Source of the DNA: Phycisphaerae bacterium
GTDB lineage: Bacteria > Planctomycetota > Phycisphaerae > UBA1845 > Fen-1342
Length of the DNA: 64,000 nt
NCBI GenBank assembly: GCA_963675745.2
Contig: CAXXWX010000003.1
Span: 128,001 to 192,000 of the forward strand
Direction: 5' to 3'
Shown: one piece after another, positions 48,388 through 58,402 of the stretch
Position numbering within the stretch: the stretch's first letter is position 1
Layout of the letters: each line of letters begins with the position of its first letter
The notes under the pieces: generated by a model
Databases searched by the model: none
What the model saw: only the letters and a program-made list of their open reading frames with translations
Told to the model about the DNA's origin: nothing
Translations under genes and position numbers: made by a program

Positions 48388-48579
48388 CCCTAACACGCGG
48401 CGTCAACACGGCCGGTGGTTCGCCTCTGACGACCGCCGCTACATCGTCTGCAACAACGACTTGCCAGACGCGGGTCCCGTCTTGCGGCGTTGACTCCTAG
48501 CGCGGCGCCATCTCTGCTTCCGAATCATCAGCCAACCGCCGGTGGCTTGTGTCGTCGCCGGCCATTACGATGCCGGGCT

Positions 48580-49155
48580 ATGAGCAGAAAAGCCCGCGTA
48601 AGACGCCGCCGCTGGTTCTATGTCTGGATGCTGCCCCTCGTGTGGACGCTGGCAAGCTTCGCCGGGGTGTACTATCCGGGCGATGAGTACGGACTCTGGT
48701 GTATCGGATCTTTGGCTGGTATCTGGATCATCTTCGTTGTAGAGAACCTCGACCGCGGCTGGCGCCTCCTGCCGTGCGTGCTGGCGGTGGGCGCGCTCAG
48801 CGTGGCGCTGGTTGGGTTGCTGCTCGACCTGCTGAGGACTCCCCGCCGCTGGTGGCTGATTCTGTGGCCTGTGACAGCGCTTGCAATCTGCACAGCGTCG
48901 ATTGCATCATTTCCATCCTACCAGCGCGCAATGAGCAAGAACGGTTCCTTACAGGCATACGTCTTCTTCTCCATGAACGCGGGGCTGTATGTCACCTGCG
49001 CGATCCTGCTGCTCGTTATGCCGGTGTGGCGGCTCCTGCATCGGCGGCCCCCGCCGGGGCACTGCGCGAACTGCGGCTACAATCTGACCGGCAACGTCAG
49101 CGGCCGTTGTCCCGAGTGCGGTCAGACACTGCCCGGCGAGGTCTCGCAGACATGA
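48580..49155 (+). CDS. Multi-TM protein with C-terminal zinc ribbon
   Basis: About 5 TM segments, then PPGHCANCGYNLTGNVSGRCPECG. Confidence 0.75.
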   Translation: MSRKARVRRRRWFYVWMLPLVWTLASFAGVYYPGDEYGLWCIGSLAGIWIIFVVENLDRGWRLLPCVLAVGALSVALVGLLLDLLRTPRRWWLILWPVTALAICTASIASFPSYQRAMSKNGSLQAYVFFSMNAGLYVTCAILLLVMPVWRLLHRRPPPGHCANCGYNLTGNVSGRCPECGQTLPGEVSQT

Positions 49156-49176
49156 CGAGGTTGCGATGAGAGATCC

Positions 49177-50988
49177 ATGGCCACACTGTTGAACTGTCGC
49201 GCGGTCGCGAAGTCCTTCGGTGCGCGCGCACTCTTCGAGGGTCTTTCGATCGCGTTCTCCGACGGCGAGCGCATCGGCTTCTTTGGGCCCAACGGGGCGG
49301 GCAAAACCACGTTTCTCAGGATTCTGGCCGGGCTGGAAGCCGTCGACGGCGGCGAGGTCAGCCGGCGCAGATCGGCACGCATCGCTTATCTCCCGCAGGA
49401 AGATCGATTCGAACCCGGTGCGACGGTGAGAGCGGTGCTGTCCAAGGCCATCGCCGACGAGTATCCGCAGCCGCACGAGCGCGACACCCAGGTCAACATC
49501 ATGCTCAGCCGGTTCGGCTTTCAAAAGGAGCATGAGTCCGTCGAAGATCTGTCCGGCGGCTGGCGCAAGCGCACGGCACTGGCCCGCGAGATGATTCGCA
49601 AGCCGGACCTGCTGCTGATGGACGAGCCAACGAATCACCTCGATCTAGAGGGCATCGTCTGGCTAGAGGAAATGCTGCTCGCGGCCCCGTTCGCTTTCCT
49701 GGTGGTCAGCCACGACCGTTATTTCCTCGAACGCGTTTCGAATCGGGTGGTTGAGCTAAATCCGATCTACCCGGACGGCTTTTTCAGTTCGACCGGGTCA
49801 TATGGGATGTTCCTCGAGAAGCGGGCCGACTTTCTCGAATCACAGCAGGCCCAGCAGGCCACACTCGCGAACATCGTCAGGCGCGAAGCCGCCTTCCTCA
49901 AATCACACGCCAAGGCGCGCCGGTCCAAGTCAAAGTCTCGTATCGACCAGGCCTACCGCCTGCACGACGAGTTGCAGAGCCTGCAAGAGCGTACCGGCCA
50001 GACCACGGCGGCCGGGATCGACTTCGCCGGCACGGGCCGCAAGACGCGGAAGCTGATCGAAGCCAAGGGCCTTGCCAAAACGCTTGGCGGACGCCAGCTA
50101 TTCAAGGACGTTTCGCTGCTGCTCTCACCCGGTACGCGCCTGGGCCTGCTTGGCGCGAACGGCAGCGGCAAGACCACCTTGATCCGTGTGCTGGCCGGCG
50201 ATTTGCCGCCGGATGAAGGCACTACAAAGCGGGCTGAAGACCTGCGCGTGGTCGTGTTTGACCAGCGGCGTGAGGAGCTTCCGCAAGAGGTCACGCTGCG
50301 GCACTCCTTGTCGACCGACAGCGAGTTTGTCGATTTTCGCGGGCGTCCCATCCATGTCACGGCCTGGGCCAAGCGGTTCCTGTTCCGCCTCTCACAGCTT
50401 GATATGCCGGTCGGCGAGCTGTCAGGCGGCGAGCAGGCCCGCATCCTGATCGCGCGGCTGATGCTCCAGCCCGCCGATGTGCTGATCCTCGACGAGCCGA
50501 CCAATGATCTCGACATCAACTCGCTCGATGTGCTCGAAGAGAGTCTGAACGAGTTCCCTGGCGCGATCGTGCTGGTCACGCACGACCGCTTCATGCTCGA
50601 CCGGATCTGCACCGAGGTGATCGGGCTCGACGGCGCGGGTCACGCGGGGTGGTACGCCGACAGCGCCCAGTGGCAGGCAGCCATGGCGCGCCGTGGCCAG
50701 CCGCCGGAGAAGGACAAGGCCGGGCCCAAGCCAGCGAAGAAGAAAGTCAGTCGCGATGGCCTGACGTCCAGCGAGCGGAAGGAGCTGAAGGCGATGGAGG
50801 AGACCATCCACCAGGCGGAAGAACAGGTGGAGCGGTGTCGCCGGGAGTTTGACGAGTTGGAAGACGCCTCGGACCACGTTGAGTCACAAAAGCGCTGGGC
50901 CAAGTTGGAAGCGGCCCGTCAGCGCGTAGCCTCGCTTTACACCCGCTGGGAGGAGCTGGAAACCAAGGCAAACCAGGTCACCCTGTGA
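49177..50988 (+). CDS. uup: ABC-F family ATPase, Uup-like
   Basis: Two ABC domains (GPNGAGKT/LSGG/DEPTNHLD; GANGSGKT/LSGGE/DEPTNDLD), C-terminal coiled coil ending LYTRWEELE. Confidence 0.85.
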   Translation: MATLLNCRAVAKSFGARALFEGLSIAFSDGERIGFFGPNGAGKTTFLRILAGLEAVDGGEVSRRRSARIAYLPQEDRFEPGATVRAVLSKAIADEYPQPHERDTQVNIMLSRFGFQKEHESVEDLSGGWRKRTALAREMIRKPDLLLMDEPTNHLDLEGIVWLEEMLLAAPFAFLVVSHDRYFLERVSNRVVELNPIYPDGFFSSTGSYGMFLEKRADFLESQQAQQATLANIVRREAAFLKSHAKARRSKSKSRIDQAYRLHDELQSLQERTGQTTAAGIDFAGTGRKTRKLIEAKGLAKTLGGRQLFKDVSLLLSPGTRLGLLGANGSGKTTLIRVLAGDLPPDEGTTKRAEDLRVVVFDQRREELPQEVTLRHSLSTDSEFVDFRGRPIHVTAWAKRFLFRLSQLDMPVGELSGGEQARILIARLMLQPADVLILDEPTNDLDINSLDVLEESLNEFPGAIVLVTHDRFMLDRICTEVIGLDGAGHAGWYADSAQWQAAMARRGQPPEKDKAGPKPAKKKVSRDGLTSSERKELKAMEETIHQAEEQVERCRREFDELEDASDHVESQKRWAKLEAARQRVASLYTRWEELETKANQVTL

Positions 50989-51078
50989 CGAGCGAAGATA
51001 GCCCAATTGGAGTGTTGAACTGGTTGCGTAACGCCCATGGCGGCATGCATGGCATGTGATCGCCGCATCGGGCTGGCC

Positions 51079-51176
51079 GGTCGGCTTCAGCCGACCAGAC
51101 CTTGCCACCAACTTCAGTTGGTGGACCGAAGGATTCTCTGGTTTTCCTCGACAGAAACCCGGCTTCAGCCGGGCTT
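51079..51176. repeat. Three hairpins with C-TTCA-G loops
   Basis: GGTCGGC-TTCA-GCCGACC, CCACCAAC-TTCA-GTTGGTGG, CCCGGC-TTCA-GCCGGG. Confidence 0.7.
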
Positions 51177-51307
51177 CCGACGGCCCGGCGCGAAGCGCGC
51201 GGGAGCCAGCTAACTGAACCGCCGCCAGTTTGTTTCCAACGTCCCCGGCAACGCCCGTCACGCGTCCCACGGGCATGCCACGCCTGCCAGCACAACGTCC
51301 GCCGGCC

Positions 51308-52282
51308 CTATCCCGCGCTAAACGCCTCGCGCAAATAGCTCACGTCTTCACCGCTCAGCGGCTTGCCGGCGGCGGCTATGTTGCACGAAACCTGCGTGGT
51401 GTTACGGAAGCCGGGGATGACGCAGCCGACGTTGTCGTGGGCCAGGATGTATTGCAGAGCGACACGCGCCAGTTCGTTGGTCGTGGAATCAAAGCGCTGT
51501 TTGACGCGCTCTACGCCGGCGTTGGCCTTGCGGATGCCGTCCGCCGAGAACATCTCCCGGCCGCGACGAAAATCGCCCGGCTCGAAGTCCGGCGGGTTGT
51601 CCGCATCGTACTTGCCCAGCAGCAGACCCTGGGCCAGCGGGCTGAACGCCACAAACGACATCTGGTGCTCGGCGAGCAGATTCGCCACCGGGCTGTCGGG
51701 GCGAATGAACTGGTCGTCCATCATGTGCGCCCAGCTTTGCAGCACCGTCGGCTTGACTTTCGGTACCAGCCGGACAAAGTCGTCCGACGAGTACGCCGAC
51801 AGGCCGACCAGCCGGATCTTGCCCTCATCCCGCAGGCGTGAAAACATCTCAACGGCCTCGTCGAGATAGCAGTCGTCGGGGCCGAAGTTTCCGTGGTGGA
51901 AGTAATAGATGTCGATCGTGTCGGTCTTGAGGTTCCGCAGCGACTGTTCGCACTGATGGCGGATGTGCAGGGCCTCATAGGCATGTTCGGCGGTGCCGCG
52001 GAAATGGCCGACCTTGCTGGCGATGATCACGTCTTTGCGCCGCTCGCCGAGCGCTTTGGCCAGCATGCGTTCGGCGCGCCCGTTTCCATAAACGTCGGCG
52101 TTGTCGAAGTGGTTCACGCCGGCGTCGATGGACATGTGGATGGCACGAATCGCCTCATCTTCATCGACATCGGCCCATCCATTCGGCATGCCATCGACCC
52201 AGTTCAGTCCCCCGAGCGTCCAGCAGCCCAGGCTGACCTCAGACACGCGCACATCGCTGGTCCCCAGACGTCGGTATTCCAT
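51308..52282 (-). CDS. Aldo/keto reductase
   Basis: YRRLGTSDVRVSEVSLGC, FDNADVYGNG, IASKVG, SLRNLKTDTIDIYYFH, FSPLAQGLL. Confidence 0.95.
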   Translation of the reverse strand: MEYRRLGTSDVRVSEVSLGCWTLGGLNWVDGMPNGWADVDEDEAIRAIHMSIDAGVNHFDNADVYGNGRAERMLAKALGERRKDVIIASKVGHFRGTAEHAYEALHIRHQCEQSLRNLKTDTIDIYYFHHGNFGPDDCYLDEAVEMFSRLRDEGKIRLVGLSAYSSDDFVRLVPKVKPTVLQSWAHMMDDQFIRPDSPVANLLAEHQMSFVAFSPLAQGLLLGKYDADNPPDFEPGDFRRGREMFSADGIRKANAGVERVKQRFDSTTNELARVALQYILAHDNVGCVIPGFRNTTQVSCNIAAAGKPLSGEDVSYLREAFSAG

Positions 52283-52499
52283 CATTGATCTCCTTTACGC
52301 GCCACGGCGCAGCGTGGCGTCATCGTTCGCGAGCGCCAGCAAAGCGCCACCGCCGCGGCGTGTGCCGCTGCCCTTGAGCAGTGCTTTTCCAACACGAACC
52401 TCACGGCTTCACAGAGCCGTGGCACACTGCCAAGCGACAGACCTTTCCTGAAACCGCTCCAGCGTTCGCGAGCGCCGACAAGCCGCGGTTGCCACCTTG

Positions 52500-52920
52500 G
52501 CTGGGGTCGTTCAGTCCGACAAGCTCCATGATCAGCCGCCAGCCGTGATAGACGAACTTCACGTCGGCGACGGTCTGCCACTGCTGCTGAGCCGCATTAT
52601 ACTCCTCGACCAGCTTGCGCACACGCCGACCGAGATGGTCGTACGTGAAATGCAGACGCAGATCTCCATCCGTCGGGTCGCCCACCGGATCGACGGCGAT
52701 CAGCCGATTCTCGGCGTCGTAGGCGAACAGCCGATCGAGCACGCCACTGCCGCCGGTGGCGGTGCCGATCAGCGTGAGAAACGCGTCGATGTCGCCGTTG
52801 TTGACATAGCCGTCGCCGTTGATGTCGGCCCGCAGACGATCGCAATTCGGGTATTGCTGTTCATAAGCGGTCGGATTGTTGATCGCCAGCAGAAACGGGT
52901 CGATATCGCCGTAGCCAATA
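52500..52920 (-). pseudogene. Rhs core fragment with embedded dockerin-like domain, truncated on both sides
   Basis: GDIDPF...RADINGDGYVNNGDIDAF followed in frame by YDAENRLIAV...FTYDHLGRRVRK...FVYHGWRL; nearly identical to 56920-57142. Confidence 0.8.
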
Positions 52921-52983
52921 TGTTCCGGCACGTGTTAGACCTACCGCGTGCTCACCGGCAACGCGCATTTTAATAAAATACCG

Positions 52984-53466
52984 TCATGTCCCGAACCACT
53001 CTAGATGCACGACAACCACCCCTGTGTCATCGTCTTCAATTAGTACATTCAGGTATCTGGCATCTGGCAATCGCACTTGCGTTGATTTGTACGAACCGCC
53101 CTCGTGCCCCCGTGCTCGGGGTGGCTTCACGAATCTGTGGTCGTCTCGCCATTCTGCGCCCAATAAGGTCGTCGACGCAAGGAATGAGGTGGCTCCATCG
53201 TCATTAAGTTCAAGTATTATAAAGTACGCGCAGCCGTCCATCCCCTGCTCCGTGACACACTCTCTGATCGTAGCGTCGTGCGGAATGCAGAGTCCCACAT
53301 CGTTCGTCAGGTGCTGCAGCACCGTTGCGGAGTCCGGTGCGTTCGTGGCACGCCCGTTGTCCCAGCCGAGGTACCACAAGGCGCACTCCTCGCCGAAGAG
53401 CGCCAGTGGGATGAGTATCAACCCGCCAACGAACAAGACCGCAACTCCCACACAGATGTTCCGCAT
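52984..53466 (-). CDS. Putative immunity protein for the upstream Rhs toxin (N-terminal TM/signal)
   Basis: Immediately downstream of the Rhs-CT; lower GC; no recognisable motif. Confidence 0.55.
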   Translation of the reverse strand: MRNICVGVAVLFVGGLILIPLALFGEECALWYLGWDNGRATNAPDSATVLQHLTNDVGLCIPHDATIRECVTEQGMDGCAYFIILELNDDGATSFLASTTLLGAEWRDDHRFVKPPRARGHEGGSYKSTQVRLPDARYLNVLIEDDDTGVVVVHLEWFGT

Positions 53467-53500
53467 GTCGAGCTCCGCGTTGGTTAGAAAGACGCATCGA

Positions 53501-54864
53501 TCATTTCCGTAGCGTTCCGGTGCCATCAAATCGCTCGCCAGCGCACCATTCTACGGCCTTCTTGCAGAAGCCGTACATCTCGAACTCCTGCGCGATGCCT
53601 GCCTCGTGCAGCGCCCCCAAGGTCACGTCCTTCACAGTCTCGCCCGCGATTGTCACAGCCTTGTTCTTGTCCCAGTTATACTTGTCACTGAACATGAAGT
53701 AAAAGGCCATCTTGTATCGACATCCCGAGCCCTTGTGCTTGGTCACCGCCGCGCGACCGCACGCGGAGTACCCGTGAACGGCATAGTACCAATTCCAATT
53801 CTCAGACATTGGGTTGCTTCCTCGCGTCCATGTGCCGACAATCCAGAAAAACGGCTTGTCTAACACGCTTTCCGCGAATGTCATGGCATGGTTCATCTCT
53901 TGATACAGGTGTTTCTTTGCGCTAGGAGACTCGCTGACCATTCCGCAGACATCTACTCGATACTTCTGCCCCGTGTTTCCGAGATAGTGACGCATGTGGG
54001 CGGCTGCGTCGTCCATCGAGAGGTCGGCGGCGCGCGAAGCATTTCTGAACCACTCAGAGCGTGCACCATGGTCGTCAAGCGTCGCCGGCCGCGAACCATG
54101 TGGTCCAGAGCCTTTGTCAAACGGCGGCTTGGGGTATAGATCCCTACCAACGCGATAGGTCCCCAACCCAGGGTAGTCGACGCCCTGAAGCGGTCCGTTG
54201 CGGAGAAAGACATGCACGTTTGGCGAGTCATTCTCCCCAATCGGATCCCGATTCAACCAGCGCCCCAGCCACGGCACGTAATACCTGAAGCCGAAGTACA
54301 CGAAGCCGGTCTCGTCGTCGTGGTACTTCGTGCTGAAGCGGAAGGGGTTCTCTTCGGCGTAGTCGCCGGTCATGCTCAGCACGGTGCCGTAGGGCGAGTA
54401 CTGGTAATGGGCCTTGGTTGACCAGTAGAAAGTCGTGGGCGTCGCCTGGTAGTTCACCACCTGGCCGACGTTGCCGTTGGCGTCGTAGAAGTAGAGGTAC
54501 TTCTCGTCGTCGCTGGTTGTGACGGTGCCCTGCGTGTCGTACGTGGCAAGGAGGCCGCCGATGCCGCCGGCGCCGTCGAGGCTTGACCGGTTGGAAACCG
54601 GTCCCACAAGGCCGGACAGGTCCGGGCCCCAGGTGTAGCTGCGGATCACAGGCGGGACGCCTGTGCCACCCTCATTCATCCCGTCACGCTCCATCAACAG
54701 CCGCCAGCCGTGGTAGACGAACTTCACGTCGGCGACCGTCTGCCACTGCTGCTGAGCCGCATTATACTCCTCGACCAGCTTGCGCACACGCCGACCGAGA
54801 TGGTCGTACGTGAAACGCAGACGCAGATCTCCATCCGCCGGGTCGCCCACCGGATCGACGGCGA
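53501..54864 (-). CDS. Orphan Rhs core + C-terminal toxin 2 (uncharacterised; HYLGNTG...DKYNWD...LHEAGIAQEF)
   Basis: Rhs core YDANGNV, YSPYG, NPFRFSTKY, YFGFRYY, GRWLNRDPIGE, cleavage-like VDYPG; no proper start. Confidence 0.8.
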
Positions 54865-55587
54865 TTAGCCAAACCCTGAGTCTGCTAGATCTTCCGACAG
54901 ATGGTCGAACACTGTGAGCATTTCAGGGTTTGCCGTGACAATCTCATCAAACAGTGACGGCCACCTCCCATTTGACGTGCCGAGCGACCCATCCTGAAAG
55001 CGCGCCTGCGTCTCATCGCTGGGATCTGCAATGATCTTGTGCCACCACTGCACACCAGCCAGTGTCCGCGCAAGCAATAGCGAGATCGCGATGCAGTATT
55101 CACTAGAGTCCATGGCCGTGTCTTCGTTCGGATAGTTGAGCGCGTGCCACGCAAGAAACTGAGCCGCCGGCAACGACCAGTAGTGCTCCAACTTGCAGCA
55201 GGCCGCCACGAAGAAGACAATCTGCTCATCCGGAAAGCCTCCTATGGGACGCACCCCCTGTGTGGTCAACTGCAGGTACCAGAGTTGAGCAAACAGAAAC
55301 AGCTTCTGCTCGTCCTCCGATACGCCAGTCCCCAGATATGCCAAGTTGTATTCGCTCAGCGTGTTCAGCATTATCCGTCGACCTTCCTCGTCGGGGAGCA
55401 CCGGGAATGCTGGGACGTCGCCGCTGAAGAATGAATCAACGCACTCGATTTCTGAAAAAGGCCTGTCTATCAACAGGTAAAGGTTGTTCAGCAACCGCAG
55501 GATGTCCGCCCGCTTCACATCACGTACCAACATCGCTAGGAGAGCGGTTTCGTTCGATAGTATGCTGAGAATGTCCGGCACGATCAA
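54865..55587 (-). CDS. Putative immunity protein for Rhs toxin 1
   Basis: GAGGAG RBS before TTG; directly follows Rhs-CT1; lower GC. Confidence 0.55.
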   Translation of the reverse strand: MIVPDILSILSNETALLAMLVRDVKRADILRLLNNLYLLIDRPFSEIECVDSFFSGDVPAFPVLPDEEGRRIMLNTLSEYNLAYLGTGVSEDEQKLFLFAQLWYLQLTTQGVRPIGGFPDEQIVFFVAACCKLEHYWSLPAAQFLAWHALNYPNEDTAMDSSEYCIAISLLLARTLAGVQWWHKIIADPSDETQARFQDGSLGTSNGRWPSLFDEIVTANPEMLTVFDHLSEDLADSGFG

Positions 55588-55662
55588 CTCCTCAAGCGAT
55601 GACAGTCATTCACCTCGGCGATGATACGCCCGCACCCGCAGCCTAGTTGCGCGCGAAGGACG

Positions 55663-57145
55663 TCATCGCGAAATACCGTACATCTCATTAATATACTCGT
55701 CCCTCACTTGTTTGGACAGCCAGTCATTTCGGTCGCTGTTTATGAATGTGGTCGGATCGATGGGGCCTGGGACGAGTTCTCGATGATCGCACCAGCACTC
55801 GTTAAACAAGCGCTCCCAGCAGTGCTCGGCGCGCCGCAAAGCCATGCCTGCCTGATCTATGTGTCCTCTTAGAACCCGCATAAGGGTGTTGATATCATAT
55901 CCACCCGATGCTCCAAGGCAATTCTGGTCCCACTCGTACCGTCGGCGCAAACACTCCAGGTTCCGGTCAAAACGGTGGCGCAGTTCGCCGCACTCGGTCC
56001 TCGGCACGCGTGCTGTGAGTTTCTCCTTCTTACAACTCACATCGCCGTCACAGGCGTTCTTGTATTGATCGTAGAGTGCGTCGCAGCGTTTGGCACTGTA
56101 GCCCGGACCGTACTTACGCAATGGCGGATGGGGCAGAGGCTCTGGGAGAGGATCTGGCTGCGGCCCGAAGACTATTTGGGGCTCCGGTCCCGGCCCCATA
56201 ATGACACACCAGAACGGACCACAGACTAACACTTGTGATGAAGCGGCGGCCGGCGCGGCCCACGTCCATAGGGACGGATCCAGATAGGGCGAAGGTGCCG
56301 GGCATGGCTCCGGAACCGGCGGCGTCCACGGTGCGTACTCGGGCGGGAGTGGCAGGGGAGACGGTCGTAGCAAGGGGGGCAGAAGGTCAAATCCCGGGCG
56401 GTGCCCAAACGGATCTATGCCATTGACTGGGCGTCCCTCCACGAAAGCGTACAGATGCGCCCCACCCTCCTCCCCAATCGGATCCCGATTCAGCCAGCGC
56501 CCCAGCCACGGCACGTAATACCTGAAGCCGAAATACACGAAGCCGGTCTCGTCGTCGTGGTACTTCGTGCTGAAGCGGAACGGGTTCTCTTCGGCGTAGT
56601 CGCCGGTCATGCTCAGCACGGTGCCGTAGGGCGAGTATTGGTAGTGGGCTTTGGTTGACCAGTAGAAAGTCGTGGGCGTCGCCTGGTAGTTCACCACCTG
56701 GCCGACGTTGCCGTTGGCGTCGTAGAAGTAGAGGTACTTCTCGTCGTCGCTGGTTGTGACGGTGCCCTGCGTGTCGTACGTGGCGAGGAGACCGCCGATG
56801 CCGCCAGCGCCGTCGAGGCTTGACCGGTTGGAAACCGGTCCCACAAGGCCGGACAGATCCAGGCCCCAGGTGTATTTGTGCGTGACCACGTCGTTGTTCG
56901 TCCCGTCGCGCTCGATCAACAGCCGCCAGCCGTGGTAGACGAACTTCACGTCGGCGACCGTCTGCCACTGCTGCTGAGCCGCATTATACTCCTCGACCAG
57001 CTTACGCACACGCCGACCGAGATGATCGTACGTGAACCGCAGACGCACGTCGCCGTCCGTCGGGTCGCCGGACGGATCGACGGCGATTAGCCGATTCTCG
57101 GCGTCGTAGGCGAACAGCCGATCGAGCACGCCACTGCCGCCGTCA
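55663..57145 (-). CDS. Orphan Rhs core + Pro-rich linker + Cys-rich C-terminal toxin 1 (Ntox16-like, inferred)
   Basis: Rhs core motifs ending IDPFG; CT pattern C..L......AC....SC...C.EL......C...R.....C...GH. Confidence 0.8.
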
Positions 57146-57366
57146 TGCGGGCGCACTGACGTTGGTACGCCGTTTGCGCAGGCCGTGCAACAACACGAAC
57201 CATAGCATGGCGTGCAGGCTGTGCCTCGGCAGACTTGATGCGAACAGCGCGTGACTGTTTCAAGCGCACCAATCGCATGTCAATGGTGGTGTGCGTCTTG
57301 CCGGACCAACAACGATGCACGCAAAGGCGAATCAGCGCGATGAGTCAGGACGCCACCTGCGCCGGA

Positions 57367-57891
57367 TCAGTTGGCGAACGTCGTCCCGGTTGTATAGACG
57401 TATTCGACGTCGGCTTCCCAATCCGGCGTCACACGCGTCGCCGTGACCAGGAATTTCGCGTAGCCGTCAACGCATTTGACGACGTATACGTGACCGACCT
57501 GCAAAGCCGGCAGATCCTGCCCGGGCCCGCCGTCCCAAGTCGTGGGAATGGTCGTAACCGAGCTGAGCGCGACGGCGCCCATGTCTGAGATGAAGTTCTC
57601 GGTGGTGGTGTTCAGGCTGGGTCGGAACCAGACTTCCGTATCCGAGCCCACCCAGTTGTTCGGCGACGGCGCCCAGCCGATCATGTCGCCGTCGCTGTCG
57701 GCCAGGTCGCCGGTGGTCATATCGCCCGCCGTGCCGGCGGAAAAATCAACGCCCGCATGCGTCAGCGTCAACGTCGCCGTCCCCGCCCCGCCGTCAAGTC
57801 CTCTGTCCAATGTCAGGGGACAGCCCCCGGTTGAAAGCAATACGCATCCCAATGCCATAAGCAAAGTAACCGCGGACAATCTGGTGCTCAT
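57367..57891 (-). CDS. Hypothetical lipoprotein
   Basis: Signal ending TGGC; beta-rich GHVYVVKCVDGYAKF tail. Confidence 0.7.
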   Translation of the reverse strand: MSTRLSAVTLLMALGCVLLSTGGCPLTLDRGLDGGAGTATLTLTHAGVDFSAGTAGDMTTGDLADSDGDMIGWAPSPNNWVGSDTEVWFRPSLNTTTENFISDMGAVALSSVTTIPTTWDGGPGQDLPALQVGHVYVVKCVDGYAKFLVTATRVTPDWEADVEYVYTTGTTFAN

Positions 57892-58179
57892 GTAACTTCT
57901 CCTGGGAATATTCCTGTAAAGCGCGTCATAACGAACTGCCACGCCGCGATATTGTCGTTATCGGCCTGATGCACGCCGTCGCGCCAAGAATAACTCGCCG
58001 GGTGCCGCTGCCGTGTCAGCAGCGCTGGATAGACGGGGACAGCGTGGCTGTTGAGGAAAAACCGCAGGCTTGTGGGTTTATGCCGCGTGTCGCGTTGGCG
58101 CTGCTTGCCTGTCGCCTTGTTCTGAAGTAAACTTGGCTGCCACGACGGTTTACGTCGATGTTAACCGTCGGTTTGACAA

Positions 58180-58269
58180 GGAGAGGTGGGTGAGTGGCTG
58201 AAACCACCGGTTTGCTAAACCGACGTACGCTTTAACGGCGTACCGCGGGTTCGAATCCCGCCCTCTCCG
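58180..58269 (+). tRNA. tRNA-Ser(GCT)
   Basis: Acceptor GGAGAGG/CCTCTCC, anticodon loop TTGCTAA, long variable arm GTACGC-TTTAACG-GCGTAC, GCGGG-TTCGAAT-CCCGC. Confidence 0.96.
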
Positions 58270-58402
58270 TTGGTCTTACGGCCTGTTGGTCCTAAGTGCT
58301 GGGCTGGCAGGCCGTTAGCGTTCCGGGATGGTCCCGGAGAATCCCGTTTGTGGCGTTGTTTGTGGCGTTTTGTAGCGCCAGGATTCTCCGAGGAGCACAC
58401 CA

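Noticed and set aside
52533..57142. Repeated cores as a diversity-generating retroelement (TR/VR)
   Set aside because: No reverse transcriptase; the differences are mostly synonymous and not adenine-specific
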